This document shows positions 47,231 to 56,811 of a DNA stretch of 64,000 nt, one piece after another. The translations under genes were made by a program, and so were the position numbers. Each line of letters opens with the position of its first letter. Positions within the stretch are counted from its first letter, which is position 1. Source of the stretch: a virus (taxonomy: Duplodnaviria > Heunggongvirae > Uroviricota > Caudoviricetes); the IMG/VR virus record IMGVR_UViG_3300024344_000001. One strand, given 5' to 3'. The notes under the pieces are model-generated. The model searched no databases and was not told where the DNA came from. It worked only from the letters and a program-made list of their open reading frames with translations.

Positions 47231-47657
47231 ATTTGTCTCCTATTACACTTGGGACTTTGACAGTCACAACGATACAGTCTTCTATGAAGTGCGGCTTGAC
47301 GGTCTCACCCGGCTCAATAATGAACATTTCTCCTGATACCAAGTATTGATCACCTATTCTCATGGAGCCTTGTATTAGTACATTGTATTTGGAGTCTGGT
47401 AGAATAGCATTAGCGGTCTCCAAGGAGTCTGTACGAACTTCCGTAAAGATCTTACTATACGTAGGGAACATACTAGTCCCCAATTCGATCATAGAAGGCT
47501 TCGCCGGTAGTGTCTCTAGAACCTTGAGAAACTCGCTAATTTGGAAGGTTTCCTTATTCCAGTCGGCAGCGTTCTGTATGTACTCTTCAGTTCTACCCAC
47601 GGAACGGTGGATATTGTCATGGGATTTCTTGTATTCCGCAAGAATTTCCTTATTCAT
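47217..47657 (-). CDS. Apparent chimera: methyltransferase-like N-terminus plus cupin C-terminus
   Basis: PSMIELG motif followed by VLIQGSM...GEMFIIEPGE...VVTVKVPS..DKY. Confidence 0.45.
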   Translation of the reverse strand: MNKEILAEYKKSHDNIHRSVGRTEEYIQNAADWNKETFQISEFLKVLETLPAKPSMIELGTSMFPTYSKIFTEVRTDSLETANAILPDSKYNVLIQGSMRIGDQYLVSGEMFIIEPGETVKPHFIEDCIVVTVKVPSVIGDKYVVH

Positions 47658-48370
47658 TACATTCCCCTCTTCTTGTGCGGAATATGATAGTTCCAGTTAG
47701 TTGATTGAACATTTGGTTCCCACACGTCTCTTGCGAAGTCTTGACGATTAATCAAGTGTTTGTATAACAGGCTTTCTGCGTGTAACGGCGATCCATTCGG
47801 ATCAGTGTTTGGAGTAATTAATTTTGGGTTATAGTATCTATCTAGATGCCCATACAGATCGCAGTACATAACTATGTCTAACGTACTACCAAAGGCCAGG
47901 TGATCACAAATCTGTAGGTTACTCTGATCTGGTACATGTAGTGCAGGACGTAAAAGTTCATCTGCTGGAATACTTTCCTCAAACATGATATCAGGGCGAG
48001 CTTTAATCACAAGATCATATTCTTTACCAGTAACAGTTACAAGACTACCACCTAGATAAGTCTTACGAAACATATTGACTATGTTGGAGATAGGTACTGT
48101 ATGATTAGTGGCGGCGAAGCGACTAACGTCGATTTCTACTTGCTTAGGGTCTTCTACGCAAATCGCCGCAGGTCTGTACTTTTCCATAACGTCCGTTATG
48201 TCAAGCTGTTCTTCAGTATCGAACTGGTAGCGGCCCGTATTCAATCCCAGGTTAGTCCAGGTATGAATGAATACGTCTGGTTGTAGATCTTGCAGGATGT
48301 ACTTATCGAAGTTGTCATAAACTTCCCTATACTCCCTGAATTGGCCTGTCAGTATAATGGCTACGTTCAT
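47657..48370 (-). CDS. Putative glycosyltransferase
   Basis: VAIILTGQFR...DVFIHTW...YDLVIKARPDI...DHLAFG...ESLL, a pattern common in phage glycan clusters. Confidence 0.6.
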   Translation of the reverse strand: MNVAIILTGQFREYREVYDNFDKYILQDLQPDVFIHTWTNLGLNTGRYQFDTEEQLDITDVMEKYRPAAICVEDPKQVEIDVSRFAATNHTVPISNIVNMFRKTYLGGSLVTVTGKEYDLVIKARPDIMFEESIPADELLRPALHVPDQSNLQICDHLAFGSTLDIVMYCDLYGHLDRYYNPKLITPNTDPNGSPLHAESLLYKHLINRQDFARDVWEPNVQSTNWNYHIPHKKRGM

Positions 48371-49235
48371 CGCTTAAAAGTTCTTTCCAATAAGGAGAAT
48401 AGATGCAATCATCTAAATCTGGTTTTTTGAATAGTCTCTCAACATGATCAAGTGAGTTACAGAGCATACTTAACTCTGACCAGTCATCCATGAAAACAAT
48501 TGGATACTTATCTCTCTTGAAATCTCGGTAACACTCATGATACTTGGTAACAGGAATACAGCCCATATACATAGCTTCCCAGAGTCTGTGAGTATCAATA
48601 CCAGCACCCCACGGACATAGAATAAACTTGTACCTGGATGCTTTATTGAAATAGTCTCTTACGAAAGCATCATTCTCTCTATCTCCACGCTGAACCTGTC
48701 TAACGTCCAACATACCACCAAAGGCCCTGTGGGCCATATTGAGACAAGTAGTTCTCTCCCCAATGTTATTATGCATAGAGAATGAGGCTAACAGAGTCTT
48801 ATTCTTTCTTACGGCGGCTCGCCCTGCATAGGTCAATGGATCACTCTGTATGTTACCATTATGACGCCAGTGCAAATTTTGAAGACCCAGTGGGATCGGT
48901 ACTATCTTTTCATGCACAATATTTGCATTGATAGTAAACCACTTAACCAGATGGCGAGAGAAGAGAGGGATTAACGACTCATCTGGTCCAGCGTCCCACT
49001 GGGCAGTAATAACAAAAAACGGGACATCGATAGCTGGGGCTATCTTAGTGAAAAATTCTTTTACCTTGACTCCTGTTACGTATAGAATATCTCCGGGTTG
49101 TACCCCCTGTGGATTGATACCGTGACATACTTTTTGCATGTGCGTAGTATCGCCAGGGTCACAAATTGCGTGATCAGCAAACGTGCGGTAGGTATAACCG
49201 CTTAAATATGGAGCACTAGAAATGTTTTCAAACAT
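48327..49235 (-). CDS. Exostosin-like glycosyltransferase (GT47-like)
   Basis: YKFILCPWGAGIDTHRLWEAMYMGCIPV. Start set at MFENISS, which overlaps the upstream TGA. Confidence 0.75.
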   Translation of the reverse strand: MFENISSAPYLSGYTYRTFADHAICDPGDTTHMQKVCHGINPQGVQPGDILYVTGVKVKEFFTKIAPAIDVPFFVITAQWDAGPDESLIPLFSRHLVKWFTINANIVHEKIVPIPLGLQNLHWRHNGNIQSDPLTYAGRAAVRKNKTLLASFSMHNNIGERTTCLNMAHRAFGGMLDVRQVQRGDRENDAFVRDYFNKASRYKFILCPWGAGIDTHRLWEAMYMGCIPVTKYHECYRDFKRDKYPIVFMDDWSELSMLCNSLDHVERLFKKPDLDDCIYSPYWKELLSDERSHYTDRPIQGV

Positions 49236-49971
49236 CTTCTTCTTCTTCATACCAGGTCTTGATATCTTCCATAGCTTCATCAGAAACAATTAGATTACCA
49301 GACCCGACTTTGTTCTTTATTAAATTTTCTACATAAAAATCGCCCTCAATAACCCTACGGTTATCCAAAATCGCAGCCCCTGGTTCTTCATAGAACTTAA
49401 TTTTTATGTTTTTCATATTCTCGTCACGAATACTCTTCTCTTCTTCTGTCATAGGTTTTTTGTACTGAATAGTCTCAGTTTTCTTACAGTTCCAACAGGT
49501 GCTGGTTTTAATACCATCATCTGGAACAAATGACGTAGAAAAAGACGGAGAGGTATATTCATCCTCACACCCGCAGTAATCCGTAAACTCCATCCCTAGA
49601 TGCTCATGAACGGCCTTACCAATAGCTACTGTTCCCCAACCATGACCAGTAACACACAATCTATGTAGAGTAGGTGCTAACCAGCTTTGCGGGATACGGC
49701 TATCGGTAATAATACCAATTTGAAATGGGTAGATTTTTGACCTATCGCCCCAACCATAACACTCGTCGTGGAAGATAGTTACCTCAATGTGACCAATATC
49801 TGGATGGTTTTTAACCCATTCTTTGAGGTTTTCTGCCCACATATTACAGATGTACGGACCCGTATTGATGACCATATAATTACCAAAGGATAAGGGATAC
49901 TTAGTTCCCCCGATACCCACACATGACATCATACCAACTTTTGGCTCGAACTTTTTGGTTTCTTTTCTCAT
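49228..49971 (-). CDS. Hypothetical protein
   Basis: 247 aa with a CWNC motif; tiled in the operon. Confidence 0.6.
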   Translation of the reverse strand: MRKETKKFEPKVGMMSCVGIGGTKYPLSFGNYMVINTGPYICNMWAENLKEWVKNHPDIGHIEVTIFHDECYGWGDRSKIYPFQIGIITDSRIPQSWLAPTLHRLCVTGHGWGTVAIGKAVHEHLGMEFTDYCGCEDEYTSPSFSTSFVPDDGIKTSTCWNCKKTETIQYKKPMTEEEKSIRDENMKNIKIKFYEEPGAAILDNRRVIEGDFYVENLIKNKVGSGNLIVSDEAMEDIKTWYEEEEDV

Positions 49972-50231
49972 TTTTCTTTCCTTGAGAGATACCTCAAAAA
50001 CATACCGGAACAGGATTCATCAGTAAGCAGCAGACCAATAAGTTGTTCTTCCTTAGCGGCCTCATACAGCATAGGTACATACAACGCAGGAAATTGTCCC
50101 ACAAGATCCATATCCCAAACATCTTTACCTGTTAAGTAGGTAGGATCATTATCCTCTCCTATGAGGATATCCTGTTCTCTATTCCAATCACCAGCAATCA
50201 CTTCGCACATATCACCGTAGGTCATTGACAA
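49968..50231 (-). CDS. Hypothetical protein
   Basis: 87 aa, tiled in the operon. Confidence 0.5.
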   Translation of the reverse strand: MSMTYGDMCEVIAGDWNREQDILIGEDNDPTYLTGKDVWDMDLVGQFPALYVPMLYEAAKEEQLIGLLLTDESCSGMFLRYLSRKEK

Positions 50232-51024
50232 AATCCTCCCTTGTATCGCAGTTGTAAATTGAGTTCATGTTTTCAGCAGTCAGATCCAGGTTAAAGAACA
50301 TAGCACACAGGGCCACGTTACTAATACCCTTGATAATATGGTCACACTGAGACAGCATAAGGCAATCAATAAGGACATCCTTGCCCTTTTTGTATCCATT
50401 CAACTTATCGCCGTGATGTACTGATATGTTACCAGTAGATCTAATGCAGTCTTTCTGGAAGGAAACTCGCTTCGGGAAGTGTTCCTGCATACATTCTATG
50501 ACTGAGTAGTCATCTGTGGAAAGGAAAATCCGAGATTCCGGGCGATTTTCGAGATATTTTTCGGCGTGCTCGATGTATTTTGAAAGCGGCACGGGTTTAC
50601 CCGTTTCTGGCTCGCCAAACCTGGTACATTCATTTTTATCAGTACGGCGAATGTGCAATCCCAAGGGGTTAGGACCGACTGCTTCTATTAAGTCCGCTAG
50701 GTCTTCTAGGATGTACGGTAGCGGTCTCACGTATTTTTTGATCATTTCGTGCATGGTAACACGAGTTTGGTATTCCCTAGGGAGAATTATATGTGGGTGG
50801 TTTATTAGTTTCTCCCCATGTGAGGGGAAATCTACTTCAAAGTACCATTCCCACACATTACTTCCAAACTGATCGTGCATAGACCAATCGTCGTAAATAG
50901 TATTAGTCCAGAATGGGAACGGGGCTGAATCAGGAACTGACTCACACGCCGTAAAAGCACCTACTGTGCCACGGAATACTGAGAAGAAACCTGCATCACT
51001 CCCTGGTATTACTAGTTTAGTCAT
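50212..51024 (-). CDS. Fucosyltransferase, NodZ/GT23-like
   Basis: AGFFS, LGLHIRRTDK, IFLSTDD, VLIDCLMLSQCDHIIKGISNV. Confidence 0.82.
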   Translation of the reverse strand: MTKLVIPGSDAGFFSVFRGTVGAFTACESVPDSAPFPFWTNTIYDDWSMHDQFGSNVWEWYFEVDFPSHGEKLINHPHIILPREYQTRVTMHEMIKKYVRPLPYILEDLADLIEAVGPNPLGLHIRRTDKNECTRFGEPETGKPVPLSKYIEHAEKYLENRPESRIFLSTDDYSVIECMQEHFPKRVSFQKDCIRSTGNISVHHGDKLNGYKKGKDVLIDCLMLSQCDHIIKGISNVALCAMFFNLDLTAENMNSIYNCDTREDFVNDLR

Positions 51025-51571
51025 AATTAACGCTCGATGGTCTACCGTAAATGTATTCTAATCCGTTCAGTATGTCTTTTGTCACCCAGGGCTTCGGAGA
51101 TCTAGGTTGCTCTTTTGGGAAGTTGATTATGAAATTCAGTTGTTCCCGTAGCATACGCTGAGGATAATATTCCCATATTGAGTCATAGTCCAAGTACATG
51201 GATTGTTCTCTGTACCCGTATTGTTCTAATTGGGCCAGCCACCTAAACTGGTGATCCAAAAGACCAAACAAGTCTTTTTTAGAGGCTACGTACTCTCTGA
51301 TATCATCAGGAACAGTAGGGACTTCCAGGTTGTCACAGTGCTGCTCCAGGAAGCGAGTATGTCCAGAGTAATGTTTTCCGTAAAAAGACAAAACGGAGTC
51401 TACGGGGTTACCATGAAGGTATATCATACACTCGTCTTTATCGAGAGTATCAGGAAATACCATTCTATGAACAGCAGATTGATCATTAGTGTAAAACCCA
51501 TTAGAGTCCAACCACTTATGAAACATTCGGGTGCCACACCCACCAGAACTATACAGGTAAACCTTTTTCAT
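51017..51571 (-). CDS. Sulfotransferase-like protein
   Basis: SSGGCGTRMF (5'-PSB-like loop), IYLHGNPVDSVLSFY (3'-PB-like motif), YLDYDSI. Confidence 0.55.
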   Translation of the reverse strand: MKKVYLYSSGGCGTRMFHKWLDSNGFYTNDQSAVHRMVFPDTLDKDECMIYLHGNPVDSVLSFYGKHYSGHTRFLEQHCDNLEVPTVPDDIREYVASKKDLFGLLDHQFRWLAQLEQYGYREQSMYLDYDSIWEYYPQRMLREQLNFIINFPKEQPRSPKPWVTKDILNGLEYIYGRPSSVNYD

Positions 51572-52286
51572 GATTTCTCACTATCTCTTGTATGTGTCGA
51601 TAAAGTTCGTCATGCTTACAATAACTCTCCCAGAACATCCTACCTTCTGCCGACATAGCTAACCTTTGACCTGTAGACATTTCTTTCGCTTTTCTGATCA
51701 ATTGCGGTAGGATTTTTAGTTCGCCCCTAATACACATCTTATCCCAGTCTACCACATTAGAGAATGGGTAGTCGTTCATTCCCGTAACAATCGGGATAGA
51801 TCCAACCATAAAGGCCTGGTATAGACGGAAAGATGAGGAACCAATACCTCGTGGACAAAAGGTAAACTCACAAGCACTTGTAGCAAGTAGATATGCTTTA
51901 ATCTTCTCACGTTTTTCCTCCGTAGGTAAATTGTAGATCGGATTAGTATCTTCAAACAGATAATTCTCTAGATCCAAGTGGGCCAAAACCTGCCGTCCAG
52001 CGTAGTTAGCTTGACCGATAAAACCAAATTCATAGGAGGGTGGTGGTAATCTGCACAGATCTTCATTTTCAATTAAACGCGGCCACTCGTCCGTCATCAT
52101 CAGGGGCACTGGGACCACTCTGGCACGTTTATTCTGTTCAGGGCCGTATATCGGCTGAGCCACAAATGAGATATCATGGTACGTATAAGCTATGAGGGGA
52201 TTATCGTCATTCAGATAAATGTACTTTTCACCGTCAACCTCCGTATACTTGTCATATACAAAAGGGCGACCAATCTCGCTAGTCAT
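51549..52286 (-). CDS. Exostosin-like glycosyltransferase (GT47)
   Basis: FGFIG...FTFCPRGIGSSSFRLYQAFMVGSIPIV...PFSNVVDW. Confidence 0.82.
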   Translation of the reverse strand: MTSEIGRPFVYDKYTEVDGEKYIYLNDDNPLIAYTYHDISFVAQPIYGPEQNKRARVVPVPLMMTDEWPRLIENEDLCRLPPPSYEFGFIGQANYAGRQVLAHLDLENYLFEDTNPIYNLPTEEKREKIKAYLLATSACEFTFCPRGIGSSSFRLYQAFMVGSIPIVTGMNDYPFSNVVDWDKMCIRGELKILPQLIRKAKEMSTGQRLAMSAEGRMFWESYCKHDELYRHIQEIVRNHEKGLPV

Positions 52287-53040
52287 TTGTTATTCTTTCT
52301 TTTGGGAAACCAAGCTCTTTTCTCTTAGCGTAGATTATACCATCCCGCCCCGAAAATTGCAAGGTTTTTCTCGCCGCAAAGTCGATTTTTCCCGAATTTC
52401 TGTTCCCATCTTCCGCATAGTGCTCATGTCCAAACAGGGTTCTATCAATATAGGTAACGGAGTTTAGGGCGTTTACGGCGTCTGTGAACTCATTATCGCA
52501 GTAGAGAGACTTGTAATCTGGGTGGTAGATATACCCAAAGTGCTCATACAGGGATTTACCCATAATGGAGAAGGTAATCAAGTTACCAACATCGCGGCCA
52601 TCCTTATAAGTGATACAACCGGCTAATTCTGGATAGTACGTCTCCATATCAGTAGCAATGATATCATCCCATAGGTCTTCATACGGAATCATATCATCCG
52701 AAGCACAAATGACAATATCGAAGTGAGTCATATCAATATGGGAATTTATGGCACTAATCTTCTCCGTACCTTTATCGAAGAAGATATCATACATAGGGGC
52801 ATGTGTGCATTCCTGCTGTTGCCTAAAAACCATTGCCTCAATAGCTTTAGTAACTGACGGAGCCTGCATGGACAAGTCATCTTTATCACAGATGATGTTA
52901 AATATCACCATATGTCTACCACTGAGGTTCTTTAGGTATAGTTCAAATACCTCAAGAAACTGCTTAGGGCGACCTAGAGTTGGAAATTGTACAAGGATAT
53001 TAGCCAAGGTTTGCTCCTGTATTATCAAGTGCTTGCTCAA
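52279..53040 (-). CDS. GT-A glycosyltransferase, GT2-like
   Basis: FPTLGRP...KISAIN...ASDDM...YIYHPDYKSLYCDNEFT. True start probably the TTG at 53007 after AGGAG. Confidence 0.75.
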   Translation of the reverse strand: MSKHLIIQEQTLANILVQFPTLGRPKQFLEVFELYLKNLSGRHMVIFNIICDKDDLSMQAPSVTKAIEAMVFRQQQECTHAPMYDIFFDKGTEKISAINSHIDMTHFDIVICASDDMIPYEDLWDDIIATDMETYYPELAGCITYKDGRDVGNLITFSIMGKSLYEHFGYIYHPDYKSLYCDNEFTDAVNALNSVTYIDRTLFGHEHYAEDGNRNSGKIDFAARKTLQFSGRDGIIYAKRKELGFPKERITND

Positions 53041-53872
53041 GTTGCTTGTTCTTCAAATTTCGTACTAGTCGTGCTGTACGTGTGAAAGCATTGTGCTTCT
53101 TCAGGATCTGTTCTTTGATTACGCCCCCAATACTATCAGACTTCTGCTCACTGAATAGTGTACCTAAGAACTTCTCGAACTTAGGGCGGTCTTGGTCGTT
53201 GAGTTCAACACGAATAGCCTTCGCCCTGAAAGAAGTCTCAAAGAATAGTTGGGATACTACAACGGGTAGGGCGTCTACCAATACAAATTCCTCGTACTTG
53301 TCATATACACTTACGAGGGCGGGGATATTAACTGGTAAGTCATAACCTGGGGCATCTGATGTAGACAGTAGGTGATAGGTATCCAGACCTTCTGTTACGG
53401 GTTTAATGTTTTCCAGGGGCTGAGAAGATACAATGGCGGTTCCAATACTGAATAATACTGATTCTTCTTTACGCTGAAAGATATCAAGGGCCGGTAGTAG
53501 ATTTACCACCTTAATAGTTCTCCCAAGGATAGGGATTACTCCAGACGGCGTATTAGTGAATAGGAACGGGCAGGTAATTTTGTTCTGAATGAACGTCTCA
53601 GAAATGTTATCAACCATGCTCTGAGTAGCACCCGTAATGTTCACAACAACCGACATATGCGGGTGTTGAGATAGGTACTTCATGATATCTGGGGTGATTT
53701 TAGAAAAGTGGCAGATGAAGACTTCAGGCTGGTATGAATCAAAGATATCATACGCACTTATGTTTTCATCCACCCATATTTCTGCTTCTCCCCCTACTGA
53801 CTTGATTGCTTGTGTGAAGTAAAATGGTTCCGTAGATAGGTTAGAGGAATAATTCTGAATCAGGGTTCTCAT
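53000..53872 (-). CDS. Hypothetical protein, possibly a degenerate GT-B (CgeB-like)
   Basis: YQPEVFICH and C-terminal KKHNAFTRTARLV; weak resemblance. Confidence 0.4.
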   Translation of the reverse strand: MRTLIQNYSSNLSTEPFYFTQAIKSVGGEAEIWVDENISAYDIFDSYQPEVFICHFSKITPDIMKYLSQHPHMSVVVNITGATQSMVDNISETFIQNKITCPFLFTNTPSGVIPILGRTIKVVNLLPALDIFQRKEESVLFSIGTAIVSSQPLENIKPVTEGLDTYHLLSTSDAPGYDLPVNIPALVSVYDKYEEFVLVDALPVVVSQLFFETSFRAKAIRVELNDQDRPKFEKFLGTLFSEQKSDSIGGVIKEQILKKHNAFTRTARLVRNLKNKQLEQALDNTGANLG

Positions 53873-54618
53873 ATTTTCATGCTCTTTCGTAGGGATTTGA
53901 GGTTGTCAACTTTGTTTATCCTTTTCTCGTGATTAACTACTACGGAGACTTCTCTCTTTTCCGCAAGGTTGTTAATGGCCTCGAAAAGAAACTTGTTTTT
54001 GAAGTCTGAGTCAGAAACAATTCTCTGAAAGAGATCTATAGTATCTCTCCCATGTAGGAATATCATTTCTGTCCAGAAGTGTCCTCCAACACCGTATGTA
54101 AGATGACTAAGGTTACCATCTACAATAATACACCCTACCTCAAAATTGCTATCACTTGACTGTGGCTGTACTACTACGGAAGTTTGGTTTACAGACAGCA
54201 TTTCAAGGTGAGCGGGTACTATTTCAATACCGCCGCCCATGATAAGCATTCTTTGGTTCAGGGTGTTATTCACACATAGTCGGGTGCTTTCACAACAGTT
54301 AGAATTGAGATAGATCTGATTCTCGACCATACGAATATCGTCAAGGGGATACTTCTCCCTAATGTAATTACCTATCTTATCAGTCTCAAACCCAGTACAA
54401 ATGATGATTTCATAGTTCTGGTAGGCCGACTTGATAGTATTGATTTGCTTTTCTAAAAGTGTCTTGCCGTGGAGGTTGATTAGTGATATAGGGCCATAGG
54501 ACTTCATTCTATAGCCGTGATTCTCCCCTAGAATAGCAACCGTAATAACTTCCTGTGGTCTTTTGGGCTGCTGTGATTTCTTAGGAGAGACAATGAATTG
54601 CTCTCTACTTCTTCTCAT
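53869..54618 (-). CDS. NTP-transferase-fold protein (LicC / sugar nucleotidyltransferase-like)
   Basis: ILGENHGYRMKSYGPISLINLHGKTLLEKQI...EIIICTGF...VENQIYLNSN. Confidence 0.7.
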   Translation of the reverse strand: MRRSREQFIVSPKKSQQPKRPQEVITVAILGENHGYRMKSYGPISLINLHGKTLLEKQINTIKSAYQNYEIIICTGFETDKIGNYIREKYPLDDIRMVENQIYLNSNCCESTRLCVNNTLNQRMLIMGGGIEIVPAHLEMLSVNQTSVVVQPQSSDSNFEVGCIIVDGNLSHLTYGVGGHFWTEMIFLHGRDTIDLFQRIVSDSDFKNKFLFEAINNLAEKREVSVVVNHEKRINKVDNLKSLRKSMKI

Positions 54619-55409
54619 AGAATAGTGTACATACCGGACTCACTCAATTCTGTAATTACATTGTCAAGCATAGCATCATAGGCTCCGTACTTGAGATATA
54701 TGCTATTCATCATACCGTATGATATGCAGTGGAGGCCAGTATCCTTAAAGAGTACGTATAGTGTTTTTTCAAGATCGTCGTTTAGTAGGTTGTCGATGAT
54801 ACGTAAGGTATCTATGCAAATTATGGTTGAATCTTCCAGAGTTATAACATGGGTGTACCAATCCTTGGCTTTAGACATTACCTCGTATTCTCTATTCGGC
54901 GTTGGTAGATCTGGATGCGATAGAACCAACTGACAGGGAATACCAAATTGCTTCATTACATTAACCTCATGCACTAGTTCTTCTACATCTTCACCTATTT
55001 TACCAGATATTATTACTCCAATCTTTTTAGGATTGTAGTCTAATTTCTTAATAGCATTACAGGCTCTCCAGACATACTTAGCCCCGTGTGTGAAAGAGTC
55101 TAGTACGAACAAGAATCTGGATTCTACTTCCTGTCTGGCTTTATCAATAAAGTCATCTAACATCCAACATGGATAATCGTCAGTAGGACTAGAATCTATA
55201 CACCTTTGTCTCCACTCTTCGTCACGGTACATATTACACATACGTGTAACTAATTCGTAATTAGTCTCTCCGCGTGCTACAAACTTATCTTTTCTCTTTG
55301 TGCAACATGAATTGTAATCTTCTTCGATGAAGATGCACCCTTTACAACTTCTACCTACATAAATATCTTTACCGTTAGTATCTGGGCTTTTTATGATGAC
55401 TTTTTTCAT
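54615..55409 (-). CDS. Hypothetical protein of the glycan cluster
   Basis: CKGCIF..CNMYR Cys motif followed by an alpha/beta region. Confidence 0.55.
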   Translation of the reverse strand: MKKVIIKSPDTNGKDIYVGRSCKGCIFIEEDYNSCCTKRKDKFVARGETNYELVTRMCNMYRDEEWRQRCIDSSPTDDYPCWMLDDFIDKARQEVESRFLFVLDSFTHGAKYVWRACNAIKKLDYNPKKIGVIISGKIGEDVEELVHEVNVMKQFGIPCQLVLSHPDLPTPNREYEVMSKAKDWYTHVITLEDSTIICIDTLRIIDNLLNDDLEKTLYVLFKDTGLHCISYGMMNSIYLKYGAYDAMLDNVITELSESGMYTIL

Positions 55410-55819
55410 CGTCTAACTGTAATTTCATAGTGTACGCCGTTCACGTCATATATCTCTACATTGAGACCCATAGACCTGATTCCATTGAGAACGACGCTGG
55501 TTTTAGTCATAGATCTTTTAAGGGTGATCATATTACCCCATTCAACTTCAGTAAGAGATCCATCCAAGACGCCCTTACAGAATAAGAGAATATCAGTACC
55601 GCCGATAACCAACTTACCACCCATTCGCAGTTTACTGATTAGTGTTTGTACCAGGTCATTTAGTCTACCAAGGTCGAATTCATCAAGAATCTCATTTGCT
55701 AGAATCTCCGTACATTCATTATCGGAGATAGCGGAGAGATCAAACTCTTGATCCTCAACGATGATAGGTACATAACCCGCGATAAACTGTGTATCTTTTT
55801 TTCCAATATGGATCTTCAC
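55406..55819 (-). CDS. Minimal class I methyltransferase-like protein
   Basis: DNECTEILANEILDEF...LISKLRMGGKLVI. Confidence 0.5.
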   Translation of the reverse strand: MKIHIGKKDTQFIAGYVPIIVEDQEFDLSAISDNECTEILANEILDEFDLGRLNDLVQTLISKLRMGGKLVIGGTDILLFCKGVLDGSLTEVEWGNMITLKRSMTKTSVVLNGIRSMGLNVEIYDVNGVHYEITVRR

Positions 55820-56811
55820 GCTTTTCTCCCGTATGCAACGTCAAAAATGTTATTCCAGTTGTCCAGAAAGTCCTGCTCAGAGAACATTTCTTCGATAGTT
55901 GTTCGGGCAGCTTTGCCCAACTTGTCTGCTAACTCTCTATCTTCCAGCAGGGTATCTACAAACCCACGTAGTTGAGCCTCGTCATTGGAAATAAATCCGT
56001 TTACGCCGTGTTCAATAATATCAGGGATCATACAGGTCGCCGTACTAACTACAGGTGTTCCACAAGCCATAGCCTCAAGAAGGCTAGTTGGAATAGGACT
56101 AACTGTACTAGTATTAAGGTAGACTCCACACTTCTGGTACTCGCCAGCTAGTGCTACGATAGATTCTGCTGGCTCTGATAGGCCCTCAGTCTTTCCTACT
56201 ATACGTAAGTTATCCATACCTTCGGTGATATTGCACCAACCCTTGTAGTTACAGCAGTAATCTCGGTTGATAAAGTCGTTCACAACCGTTAGAACTGTGT
56301 TTTCTCTCTTAATGGAACTTAGGTCGAATACATTGGTATCCACAGAATGGTGAATTACGAATGTAGACGGCGAGTTGACCGCCCACTCTTCCATAGAGTG
56401 ATCTGAGATAAATACGTTAATATCTCCTACCATCTGCCTAAACTCATTTAGTTGCTGCTCAGGCCAGTTCTCGATAGGTAGAGTATGCTCCAGGTGGATA
56501 ACGGGCAGTCTCAACATTTGGTTGACCTGGTGTGTTACCTGGAACTGTCCAAACTTTGATTGAGATAGGATAAAATCAAAGTCAATACCGTTAATGATGC
56601 TGTTAGGAGGAAGAGTGTAATAATTATCGGGGGGAACAGCGTAAGCACTATCCCACTCTTTACAATTATCATACCTAAACGCATAGAAATTATGCCCCGT
56701 CTTAGCTAACTGCTGTTGGTATCGCTCGTGTGTATCAAACGTAAGAATGTTGTACTTTTCTTTCGTTGGAAACAGAGCCTTGTTTATAATACTGCTTGTC
56801 TGTCTACTCAT
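55816..56811 (-). CDS. GT4 (GT-B) glycosyltransferase
   Basis: VYLNTSTVSPIPTSLLEAMACGTPVVST...HGVNGF. Confidence 0.88.
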   Translation of the reverse strand: MSRQTSSIINKALFPTKEKYNILTFDTHERYQQQLAKTGHNFYAFRYDNCKEWDSAYAVPPDNYYTLPPNSIINGIDFDFILSQSKFGQFQVTHQVNQMLRLPVIHLEHTLPIENWPEQQLNEFRQMVGDINVFISDHSMEEWAVNSPSTFVIHHSVDTNVFDLSSIKRENTVLTVVNDFINRDYCCNYKGWCNITEGMDNLRIVGKTEGLSEPAESIVALAGEYQKCGVYLNTSTVSPIPTSLLEAMACGTPVVSTATCMIPDIIEHGVNGFISNDEAQLRGFVDTLLEDRELADKLGKAARTTIEEMFSEQDFLDNWNNIFDVAYGRKA

